The notes beneath the pieces are model-generated. The model made no database searches. It worked only from the letters and a program-made list of their open reading frames with translations, and was not told the DNA's origin. This document shows positions 24,276 through 37,300 of a stretch of 64,000 bases of DNA, piece by piece (positions within the stretch are counted from its first letter, which is position 1; every line of letters begins with the position of its first letter). The stretch is from Octopus vulgaris (taxonomy: Eukaryota): NCBI GenBank assembly GCA_951406725.2, contig OX597823.1, positions 70,432,001 through 70,496,000 of the forward strand, read 5' to 3'. Both the position numbers and the translations under genes were made by a program.

Positions 24276-27064
24276 CATATATACGACAGGCTTCTTTCAG
24301 TTTCCATCTACCAAATCCACTCACAAGGCTTTGGTCGGCCTGAGGCTATAGTAGAAGACACTCACCCAAGGTGCCACGCAGTGGGAATGAACCCAGAACC
24401 ATGTGGTTGGTAAGCAAGCTACATACCACATAGCCACTCATGCACCTATAGGAGTAATGGACAAGAGGAATGGGCAACTTCTGGTTGCCATGAAGTTTCA
24501 ATACAAATACTCAGATGTTTGTGTTCAGGTAAATGGTGCTGAGTCAAAACCTTTCTATGTGGGTGTTGGACTTTGACAGAGGTGTATCTTGTCACCTCTC
24601 CTCTTCATAATTTTTACGAACTGGAATAACATGCACAGCTGTTGTGGCAGAGGTATCACAATCAGTGGGTGTAAGATCCATCTGTTGATATTTGCAGATG
24701 ATATGATGCTACTTGGCTCATCAGAAAATGATCTCCAGCATGCACTGAATGGATTCACTGCCAAGTGCTTTAACCCTTTTGTTACTGTATTTATTTTGAG
24801 ATGCTCTCTGTTTCTTTCAGTTAGTTTTAAATATAACAAGGAATTTAGAAAATAAGTTAGCTATCATTCAGCTAGTGTTAGGAACATAAATTGTGATTAA
24901 AGTTTGCTGGAAGATTTTAATTCAAAACTTATGAAAACAAGACATTTGTACTCAGAGCCAGGGCCGGTTTCAGCCGGGTTGGTAACGAAAGAGTTAAGGC
25001 AGGGGTGAGAATTAGTGTTGCACATATTGAGACATTGGTCCTATCAAGAAAGTCTTTCCATTGTATTCTGCATGTTAGTGGAACACCTCTCAGGCTAGTG
25101 GAGAAATTTACAGAGGCTGTGAACACTGCCTGTTATTCTCAGAGTAGATAATTTTCAAAAAACAAAACCAAAAAAACAAACAAGAAACAAAACAAAAAAT
25201 ACCCTCCCCCAAAAAACAAGCAAACAAACAAACCCATACAAAACCATTTGACATGTATTAAATAGAATTCTGTTTGACCTTAAAGTATATCAGAACTCAG
25301 TCAAAACAGTTTTCTCTATTGACAGCCTAGTTGGTTACTTCATATCTCGCATACTCAATGCCAACAACTACTACACCTTTCTGTCACTTTTCAAATGTCT
25401 TTTATCCATTTTCTATTTCAGCATTTTGGCTTTCATATCCTGTGTAATCAACTTCTTGCAAAACACATTCTAGTGTGTTGAGAATTTTGTCTTATTCAAC
25501 ATCACAATTTTTTTGTTTAGTCAAGAGGAAGAGTAGTGTCCATGACCCTTTTCAGGGCCTCTGAGACTGACAGAAGGAAGAGAGAAAGGAAAGTATTCTC
25601 AAATCAGAAGCCTGATCTGAATGCTTGCATCAGAGTGGGCTTCACTAGATGCATCTAACAACCATGTAGTGGTTGCAAACCAGATGACCTTGGTGGGTTT
25701 TGAACTCAGAATGCAGATGCAGCAAAACATCTTGTTTGATACCATTCCACCAGTCTATCCTGGACTGGTTCTTTATTTATTCAGCCTGGAAGGATGAGAG
25801 GCAAAGATGACCTCAACAGAATTTTAACTCAGAACATGAAAGAACTGGAATGACTATCACAAAACATTTCATCTGCCACTCTAAAGACTCTGCCAGTTCA
25901 GACAAATATCTCACGGAAAAACATCTCAAAACGAAATCCAATATCATGGATTTCTAGACCTATCTTTCTCCAAAAAATTCTTTTTGTGAGTCTACATTCT
26001 TCGTATAGCCAATAGTACATCACAAAGGATAAATTTTTTCTTCAGCATCAGAACATATTTTTCCCCCTCAGCTGCTACCAAATATTTACAAAGTGCAAAT
26101 GCGTTGTATACTATACTTGTAACTTGGGATGTTGTACTACCTCATACCCATCCACTTATTCTAGACTACATCCAAGGGAAAATTACAAGAGAAAAATATG
26201 CTTTGTCTTTTCAGTGTCTACGAAACCCTCTGGTTTTGTTGACTTTATTCTATGCAACTTTGAGCGATCGCTGTTATTAAATATCTTGAAGACTGTGTCC
26301 TATACATTTTGCTCAACCATCCTTTTTCAACATGAAACTTCTTGAAATTCCTTCCTAATTTACTTTTCCATACTTCACCTCTACTCTTCATTCACAGTCT
26401 ACTTTATTTAGCTTCTGAAAATATTGTGGGTATGGCTAAAATTTTCAATTATTTTCACTGCTGATCTTTTCTTTTTCTTTTTTATTTTAGACACAGATCT
26501 TCATAATGTAATTAAACGTGGAAATATTCTTAAAGATGTTCACAAACGCTATATTATGTATCAGTTATTTAAAGCAACCAAATACTTACATTCTGGCAAT
26601 GTTATTCATAGGGATCAGAAGGTATTTTCTTTAAAATCTTTCCAGACATGTATGTTATCTTCATTATTTATCTCACATACGTTTGTAAAAATTCACCTAA
26701 TTTTTAGAATTATTTATTCAATCATTGTTACTGTTGACATCTATTTTTCCACAATGACATGGATTTGACAGCTTTTCTCAAGTCCTCTTAACCTTGGTTG
26801 TCTCAGCTGTCAGTCCAGCTGTCCTAACACCTAACCTCATCACTTTGTTCCATGTCTTATTCGATTTGGTCTTTCTTTGTCAACAAACAGCACATTTTCA
26901 CATATTAAATTTTGTTTCACTACCATGAAACTTCATACACCTTACAGACTGCTTTTGTTCAGAATTAATCTCATCTGCTAAAATTAAACTACCTTTTCTT
27001 TTCTTCAAAAAGAGATTCCCTATTTTCTACATTCATCACTTGTCCACTAATCTCTCCCCACCCT

Positions 27065-27117
<53 letters not shown>

Positions 27118-27545
27118 GAATGCTTCAAAATATTTCTGTTCACACTGCTAACAATGAAATAGAAATTTTAACTGCTTCTTAGCTATTTTCATGTACTTAT
27201 TTATTTTCATCTGCTTATTTATTTCTTCATAAATTTCAGTGTAAATTTTCCTGTAGAAAGAGAAAAAAAATAAAGAAGAAGAATTCTCAAGCACATGCAT
27301 TATTGTTCAAAGAATCTCTAAAATTCCCAAATTCATGTTATTTAGAACAAAGAATCTCTAAAATTTGAAAATTCACTAAAAGAGAAAACTGAAAAAAAAA
27401 TTTTATGTCTTATTTACGAGCTTAAATCTGGAATAAATTTGGGTCTATATTTACCTTTGTGGAACTTCATTAAGTTTCTATGCCATCTCTCACATAGGTG
27501 TTTTCTTTCTGGTTTAATCCATTGCTAATTGTTTTTATCCTTCAA

Positions 27546-27610
<65 letters not shown>

Positions 27611-28297
27611 ACCTAACACAAAAATAAATTGATTAAAAATAAAGGCATATCAAGCCTATTTTACAAATAGTTACGTGAAATCAGTTTGAATAATAATAAT
27701 AATAATATAAAAAAAAAACGCAGCTGTTTAAATTCCCTGAAGTTTCCATTCTGTTATATTGTAACAAAGCACAAAAGTATAAATTACTCTAATTTCAGGA
27801 AAAATATAGGTAGAACTAAACTGATATATCATCATGATAGCAAAGTTACTGCTTTTAAAACGATTTTCAGCAAAGAAGTGCATGAATAAAATTCCCAAAT
27901 TATAAACAAATTATTCATATTGATTAACACAGATTCTATTCTATTTTTATCATAATTTCCTCTACAACTATTTATAAACATTACCAACATTAAGTTGAAT
28001 ATTAATTACTAATTCAATATTTGTTTGTCATCTTTAATACTCAATAATAAATTTCAATAAACTTCTATTTCAGCCATCGAATATTCTATTAAATAGTGAT
28101 TGCCTGGTAAAGTTATGTGATTTTGGCTTAGCAAGATCTATATCTCAAATTGGGAAAGATGAGACAGGTGACCCAAATTTAACAGAATATGTTGCAACTC
28201 GATGGTATCGTGCACCAGAAATTCTCCTTGGATCTCATAAGTAAGTAATTATTTTTCTATTGGCTTAGTGGTTCCGAAGTTCTGCTTGCGAGGAAAC

Positions 28298-28333
<36 letters not shown>

Positions 28334-31300
28334 GCTCAGTCGAAGTCGACTCTCGGTTACACGATGGATCAGTGTCCTCCAGTCAGTTCTATCCTGGGCC
28401 GCTTCTTTCAGATTGGCTATGTCCATTCCGGTATCACTCTTGATGGTGTCAAGCCAGTGGGTTCTTGGTTGGCATCTTTCTCTCTTGCCACTGACCATTC
28501 CAAGCATGATGTCCTTCTCCAGGGATTTTCTCCACATAATATGACCAAAATATGCCAATCTATGCTTGGATTTTATATATATAGCCTGGATTTTACCTGC
28601 TCCATTCCCTAAATTTATATATATATACACGCATAGATTCACTGCTCCCTCCAAATTAACCAAACTACTTCACCATGCCCTATATCTATCTCTTCGTCTG
28701 CTCCTGTAGCCTACCTTTCCTTGTCATCTCTCTTGTCCTCCCCCTATCAACTGTATTATTACTGTCCTACCACTCGCCCTCTCTTGCATTCCTCTATTCC
28801 TCTATCCATCCCCAACTTGTGGCTCATTGGTCATCACCTTTCATCACTTTTTTACAGTTGCAGGCTGTCTCCATTTAGGTCAACAATGTTGATGTTGCAG
28901 GCTGTCTCCATTCAGGTCACAATCCATTGGATATCATCACAACAATATCATCACAACCTACACAGGAAATGAGAATACAATGAAAAAAAAATCAATCTGT
29001 TGTATAGAAACACAGTAGATCAATAAAAAAAATGATGAAAAATTCAAAAATACCTGACATTAAAACAGGTTACAGAGGATGTAGAAATACAAGAAGTAAA
29101 TACTGACCCCATTACATACACTCAATAAAAGGAATGAATAGGTGGTGAGCTGGCAGAATTGTTAGCATGTCAAGAAGAATGCGCTTAGCAACCATTCATC
29201 ATCATCATCATCATTTAATGTTCGTTTTCCATGCTAGCATGGGTTGGATGGTTCGACTGGGGTCTGGGAAGCCAGAAGGCTGCACCAGGCTCCAGTCTGA
29301 TCTGGCAGTGTTTCTACAGCTGGATGCCCTTCCTAATGCCAACCACTCCGTGAGTGTAGTGGGTGCTTTTTACATGCCACCGGCACAGGTGCCAGACGAG
29401 GCTGGCAAACGGCCACGATCGGATGGTGCTTTTTACGTGCCTACATTCTGAGTTGAAATGCTACTGAGGTTGACTTTGCTTTTTATCCTTACAGTGTTGA
29501 TAAAATAAGTACCAGTTGAGTACTGGGGTTGATGTAAATGATTTACTCATTCTCCCAAAATTTGCTTGCATTGTGCCAAAATTTTGCAGGCTATAACCAC
29601 TAAAATACAAAAATTGGGATACAATAAGACTATAGTCAACCACCACACATACACATACAAACACATTTTTATCTTGCCAACAACAAAGGGATCAAAATAT
29701 AAAAGGAAAATGAATAAAAACCAAAATTTATGCCTCATCTTCAGTTCTCATTCTTGCCATAAGATGTAACATAACAACATAACACAGAAGGAAAATGAAT
29801 TGTCAAATGTAAATCATTTAAAAATGTAAACCATTTAAAAAGAGCAAAGTAGTGACAAAAAAATTTTTCTGAGAAAAGAAAAGAAAGTACAATGAAAAAT
29901 AACCATTGAGTTTGTTTCTAGGTCTTAATGGCTCTTTCTAAATATGACAGTATTGCTTTGCAACACAGTTTCGAGTCAAAATTTTTGCCAAACAAATTTA
30001 AAAGAAAATGTATTTCATTTTATTTTCAGGAACAATATAAAAAAAAAATTAAATAAAAAATATAATATGCTTATAAAAGTTTACATTTTTTTGTTATAGA
30101 AGATGCAAAACTGAAAAAGCAAAAAACAAGGAAACTAAAATTGTGAACTTTTGGATATAATGCAATGGTTATTTAAACTGTGCTATGTAAGATAGTCATT
30201 AATGCTTGTACAATTTTTTATTATCTCATGCGATAATGTTAGAGCGTTGAGCTCATAATCATGAGGCAGTGAGTTTGATAATTGGACTGGGCTGTATGTT
30301 GTGTTATTAAGCAAAGCACTTTATTTCATGTTGCTCCAGTCCACTCAGCTATAGAAATGAGTTGTGACGTCACTGGTGCCAAGCTGTATCGGCCTTTGCC
30401 TTTCCCTTGGATAACTTTAGTTGGCATGCATGGGTGACTGCTGGTCTTCTATAAACAACCTTGCCAAGACTTGTGCCTCAGAGGGGAACTTTCTAGGTGC
30501 AATTTCATGGTCATTCATGACTGAAGGGGGTCTTTACATTCACTTTTGTTTTTAGTCCAAAACTAATGTAAGTTTTGAACTCAGCTCTCTTCAATATCCT
30601 TTCTGAAACAAGTATTACTAATTACCCAACAAAGTCAAACAGTGTGATTTGATATGTTAAAGTTTTTATTATATGTTTTTTAATGATTTATCTTATCCTT
30701 TTATAAGGCTTTTTTTTATATTTTTGCATGAGTATAATGCTTTTATTATTGGCTATTTTACTTTTAGGTATACAAAAGGTGTTGACATGTGGAGCCTTGG
30801 TTGTATTTTAGGAGAAATGTTAACTGGAAAGCCACTGTTCCCAGGGTCCTCTACAATTAATCAAATTGAAGTGATAATGTCAACCATTCAGCCACCTAAG
30901 CAAGAAGGTAAATATGTTAGTTTAGTTTGTTTTGCAATCATTTCATTCTGGAAGTTACCTCAAAAAGTATCTTCAACCATTGTAAGAATCTTCAAGCACC
31001 ATATGTGTGTCCATAGCTAGTACTGGGTACACCATATAGAGTTCCTGCCTACACCTTTCCTACAAATCAAGCAGGGCCACCTGCCTGAAGTGGGTAGGGT
31101 TCTGTCTGTTCTGTCTTATTTACTAGAACCTTAGTCTTTGCTAAGTTAACCTTAAGGCCCTTAGATTCCAGGTTTAGCTTCCACACCTCATTATATGCAT
31201 GGTTAACTCATAACCCTCACCTTACTATCAGCATCTCTGTACATGGCCTGTAGAGCTTTCACAAGCCTTTCATCTCCCACTAGCCTTCTCATTGCCCACC

Positions 31301-34300
31301 ATATCACACAACAGGGTACACTATCAAAGGCTTTCTTTAAATCAACAAATGGCAAGTATAAAAGTTTATTCTTAGCTAAGTACTTCACTTGTAGTTGCTT
31401 GACTATGAAGATAGCATCATTAGTGCTTCTTCTTGGGTCAAAGCCAAACTGCATTTCATGCAGCTTAATTCTAGTCCTTATCATTTGGGCTATAACTCTC
31501 TCTGTAATTTTCATCACCTAAATAACTGATTGTATAGGTAATTTAGTTACCGTAATTTTTTATTATTTTAACCATCTGCAAGTTCTCTGCTTTTTATAAT
31601 AAAATATTTTTCATGATTATTGTTTGCTAAATTTTTGAACCTGGAAAAACTATTTCAACTATAGTTATAACTTTTTATATAACTTACAAGCAGTGGTGTT
31701 TAACATAGAAAACACCTATTGGAAATGGTGTTTGCCTCAAACCAATGAATACATGAAATGCTTGCAACAGAGTAAACTCCACTAAAGAGAACCAGGTAGT
31801 GGTGTTACACTATCATCATCATCATCATCATCATCATCGTTTAACGTCCGTTTTCCATGCTAGCATGAGTTGGATGGTTTGATCAGGGTCTGGGAAGCCA
31901 GGAGGCTGCACCAGGCTCCAGTCTAATCATGCAGTGTTTCTACAGCTGGATGCCTTTCCTAACGCCAACCATTCCATTAGTGTAGTGGGTGCTTTTTATG
32001 TGCCAGGCGAGGCTGGCAACGGCCACGATCGGTTGGTGCTTTTTATGTGCCACCGGCACGGAGGCCAGTCAAGGCGGCGCTGGCAACAGCCACGTTCGGA
32101 TGGTTCTTTTTACGTGCCACTGGCATTGGTATCACAACTACAATTTCCATTGATTTTTTGATCGATTTTGATTTAACTATGTAGATGTTAAACTCCTAAG
32201 TAGACTAACCAATGGAAAAAATTGTTTTGGTAATTAATTGTAGAATAAAAAGGTTTGCTTTATAAATCTGCTAAAATCACTTATCTTTTTTTGTTTCCAG
32301 ATATTGACAGTCTCAAATCTATGTATGGTGCATCTATTTTAGAGAAAGCTCAATTAAGGTAAGAAAATTATATCAAATTATATTTTTGTAAGCATTCGAT
32401 GATTGACTGATGTAGAAAATTTGTCTTATCTTTTAGTTTTTTTGTTAATTTCTTACTCAGTAAGTATGTAATTGACACTGTAACCAAATGCATTGCACTT
32501 TAATTTCTTAAGTTGTGTATGGAAATAAAATAACAATCATAAAATTTGAGGCACTTAAAATAGAATAAAATATTTTACTATATTTCAAAATTATTTGTAG
32601 CTTATTCAGAAATGCATAAGGCAAAAAACAAGAAAGGTGTTGTCAGCTGGTTTTGATTTCTCCACAAACATTGTAAAAACAGAGTTTGTTTAGATGTCGT
32701 CTGCTATTAAGCATCTTAGTTGGATAATAAAATGAACTTCCATCTGGTTTTAGTGATGAACATTCACTGAATTTCTTTTTCATTGTATTAGCATGTAAAT
32801 GGCTGAGTGTTCCACAAACACACATACTCTTCAGAATATTATTCTCAAGTAGAAGTGTGAGATGTCTGGACCTTTGAATTACAACGTCAATCCATCAGAT
32901 GTGCCTTGAAATAGTTTCTTGTTACTCAATTTTATTCACAAGTCTTAGTCAACCTGAAGTTATGGTAAAAGGTGCCAAAATTGCTTTGTAGTCAGGTTGA
33001 ACTCGAACCCCCTGATTGTGGAGCAAACACCCTAACCATCTAAGTGTGCCACTAAAGCTATGTTTACTTCCCTCTTTGCAATACTATTTTACATTTTTCT
33101 TTTTGCTGATGGTAAATTTCAACATATTATCCTCCTCTTATAGGAGTATTTTGTTTTTTGCATGAATATGAATTTCAACTTCATCATCATCATCATCATC
33201 ATCGTTTAGCGGCCGTTTTCCATGCTAGCATGGGTTGGACGGTTCTACTGGGGTCTGTGAAGCCAGAAGGCTTCATCAGGCCCAGTCAAATCTGGCAGTG
33301 TTTCTACGGTTGGATGCCCTTCCTAACGCCAACCACTCTGCGAGTGTAGTGGGTGCTTTTTACGTGCCACCCGCACAGGTGCCAGACAGAGCTGGCAAAC
33401 GGCCATGAACGGATGGTGCTTTTTATGTGCCACCGGCACGAGGGCCAGGCGAGGCTGGCAACGGACACGAACGGATGGTGCTTTTTACGTGCCACCAGCA
33501 CGAGGCCAGTCGGGGCGGCGCTGGCAACGGTCGCGAAACGGAAGGTTCTCTTACATGCCACCGGCACTGGTAACACATCTGCAATTTCCATTGATCGATT
33601 TCGATTCTGATCCTCACTTGCCTCAACAGGTCTTCACAAGTAGAGTTTTGTGTCCCAAGAAGGGAAGGTATGCATACGTAGGCTGGCTCCATCCCATCTT
33701 TTCAAAAGCAGAAACATGTTTTACTGTATCTCTATTTCCTTTCTAAAATTTCTTTGGATATTCTGATATTTGAAATGCTGCTGCAGGATTTCCTCTTCCA
33801 CATTTTGAGCATCAGACTGAGTCAGTAATCCATACTATCTTTACTATTGCTGTTATTATTGTAAACAGTTTAAGAGAATAGAGGCAGGTGAGCTATTGAA
33901 GTATGAAAGATTGTTATTTTATGGGGTTTTTCTTTTGGTGAATGTACAAGAGACTGAGAAAGGCTATTCCACCTGTCTAACACCTGTGGACATGTTTACA
34001 AAGTCAGAAAACAGCACAGCTTCCATGACTTTCGGAAACATTTTTTCACGTTAAGAGTTGCTGAAGTATGGAACAAACTGCCGGCATCAGTTGTTAGTTG
34101 TCAGAGCACTACATCCTTCAAAACTTCCATGCTTCCTGAGATTCGCCAACACTACACCTGATTTTCTCCCCTCCATACACATGCAAGCATGTATCTGACT
34201 CATACACTGTTCACTTTCCAGACATTTGTACATTACTGCATATGCTTTATACACACTTTTGACAAGTTGTGGTGCACCTGAGTACTGTATACAATAATTT

Positions 34301-37300
34301 CATTATTATTATTATTATAATGATGGGAAGACAATTTAGTTAAACGATTTGGGTAAAAAGTGATGCAATCAAGAAAGAATTGAAAGTGCAATGTGACTGG
34401 CAATGTATTGTAGCATTTGATGGTCTGGTTTATAAATTAGACATATCTACAAAACAGCTCTTTAACTCTGCTATTATGTTATCTAATTAACCCTAATATT
34501 CTTTAATTTGGCCTAAACATTTCTTATGCTTTTTTGGACTCCATGTAGTTGTTATCAGTTACTCCCATGTAGCAGATACATAAAATGTTCTAACACCTTA
34601 CCAGTCTTTCATGAATATCCTTGTACTTTTATGTGCAACTGATTCTACTGAATAAATGCCTTTTTTACATGATGAATAAAACCGCTTCCAAAATGATATT
34701 AAAGTTCACTACTTTCTGTTACTGATGAATACCCAAATGTTAGTAGTGTTAACTATTAGTCTTCATCACTTTAGACTTAGTTTTTGAGTCTACTTGTCTG
34801 TCACTTTTTAGGCCATGATTAACCCTTTCGTTACCAACCCGGCTGAAACCGGCTCTGGCTCTGTAGTACAAATGTCTTGTTTTCATAAGTTTTTAATTAA
34901 AATCTCTCACCAAACCTTAGTCACAAATACTGTTCCTAACACTAGCTTAATGATAACTAAGTTATTTTACAAAATTCTGTGTTATATCTAAAATAAATGA
35001 AAGAAACACAGAACATCTCAAAATATATACAGTAACAAAAGGGTTAAGTCAGTTGGATCCAAACACTAAGTGAAAAGTAGCATGGCTAATTTTCCTCTTG
35101 CATGTGGTGTAGATGGCTAAATGAGTTGCATCACAGAACTTCTGGAGCTTTGTTTCCTTTCCCTTATCTAATAATCACAGTCTCTGTGTTCAGGTAGCCA
35201 ACTCAATGTTTGCCAGATTTTCCATTAAAATTATATATAATGTTGATATTTTAGCTATTTTTGTGGTAATTTGCAAAAGTGTCTTATAGAACTGGTCATT
35301 TTACTCATTTGGTAAACCTACAGGTGGGAAATATGTGAGTGATTACAGTAGCCAATCCGCTGAGTTTTTCTATATAACACTTGCAGTTTGATTAGTTTGA
35401 ATTTCTAGCACTATAACTATATTAAATCATGTTTTGATTCCTACTTAACCCTTTAGCATTCAGATTACTCTGTCAAAAGTAATGCTTATGTATTTACATT
35501 GTTTAAAATTAATCATGTATTATCTTGTAACTTTGTAGCTTCAATGATATAATTATTCATTTTTAGAATGACATTGTAGGGTAGGTGTAAGAGGCTGGAT
35601 CTGGCCAGTTTGGACATAAAACAGGTTCAATATTTGGGCCGTTCTGAGTTCAAATTCTACCAAGGTCGACTTTGCCTTTCATCCTTTCAGGGTCGATAAA
35701 TTAAGTACCAGTTGCATACTGGGGTTGATCTAATTGACTGGCCCTCTTCCCCAAAATTTTGGGTCTTGTGCCTTGAGTTGCAAAGAATATTTGGGCTGGA
35801 TATGACTGGTTGAAATGCTAAAGGGTTAAGTTGCTTTTAATTGAACTTTTTTGATGCCAAAATGATTTTAAAAACATCTTACTCTGATCTTCAGATTGAA
35901 CTTCTGTTTGTTGATGAGGGAGTTATATTGGGATGCGGTTTTCAGAAAAAGACTGGGTAAAATGTTTAACTTTGAATTTGAAATAGAATAGAATAGGAAT
36001 GAAAAACAGGAGGTAGAAAGGTGGATGCATTGAGTGGTACATCGTCTGCTAGTTTAGCACAGTATGAATTGTAGTTTCAATAGATTTGACAATTACAGTA
36101 GAATTCATATGTATCCTTTCATAGTTTGTTTATCTTATTAGATGTCCTATATCGGTTTGATTTTTTATCTCAATCCTACTACATTAAATTAATTTTTATT
36201 TTGTTTTAAAAATAACATTTGTGTCACACTATGTTTTAAATGCATATCTGTTTCTATTATTTTTATCTCTAGATTGAAACTTTCTGACCTATTTTATTTA
36301 TTCCATTCTTTCCTTATCATTCTGATTTTTATTCCAACTATTTTTCATTCTGTATATTATGTATCTCATTTATTTTAGTGATCATTTAAAGCATTTTTTA
36401 TGAAAATATATTCATTTTGTTACTGCTTATATTTCAGACCAAAGAAAAATTTATCAGAAATATTAAAGGATATACCACCTGAAGCTGTAGATTTGGTGAT
36501 GAAACTACTGCATTTCAATCCTGACAAAAGAATCACAGTAGATGAAGGCTTACAACATCCATATGTTGCCCGGTAAATGTTTTATAAAGCATGTTCAGAT
36601 TTATATTTCATTTTAATTTGATGTCTTTTGTTTATGGTGCACCTGAGCACTGTATACAATAATTTCATTATTCTTATTATTTATGATACTTTTAACAAGC
36701 ACCATATTTTTGTTAAGACAAAGTTCATAAAGATATACAGAAAACAGAGTTTGATGAGCTAAGAAAGCCTTGTTTATTACATAATGAATATTTAGAAATG
36801 TCTTTTAATTAGACCTCATCATTAATAAGTTTGATGAGCAGAACACAAGGTACATATTTTACACTTGGTTACCTCCTTAGATTAATTATATCATCATCAT
36901 CATCATTTAACGTCCGTTTTCCACGCTAGCATGGGTTGGACGGTTTGACCGGGGTCTGGAAGCCATGGAGGCTGCACCAGGCTCTAGTCTGATTTGGCAG
37001 TGTTTCTACAGCTGGATGCCCTTCCTCACGCCAACCACTCCATGAGTGTAGTGGGTGTTTTTTACGTGCCACTGGCATAGGGGCCAGAGCAGGCTGGCAA
37101 ATGGCCACGATCGGTTGGAGCTTTTACGTGTCACTGACATGGACGCCATGTCTCTTCTGCAGTTGAGATTTAGTTTATGCTTTTGCATAAAACATCCTTC
37201 TGCGCTCAGGTTATTGGCAGGGAAATACAGCATGTGAAAGTATTTGAAGACATTTGGTAATTTGATAAAACAGCTCTAATCTAGCAAAAACTGAATGTAT

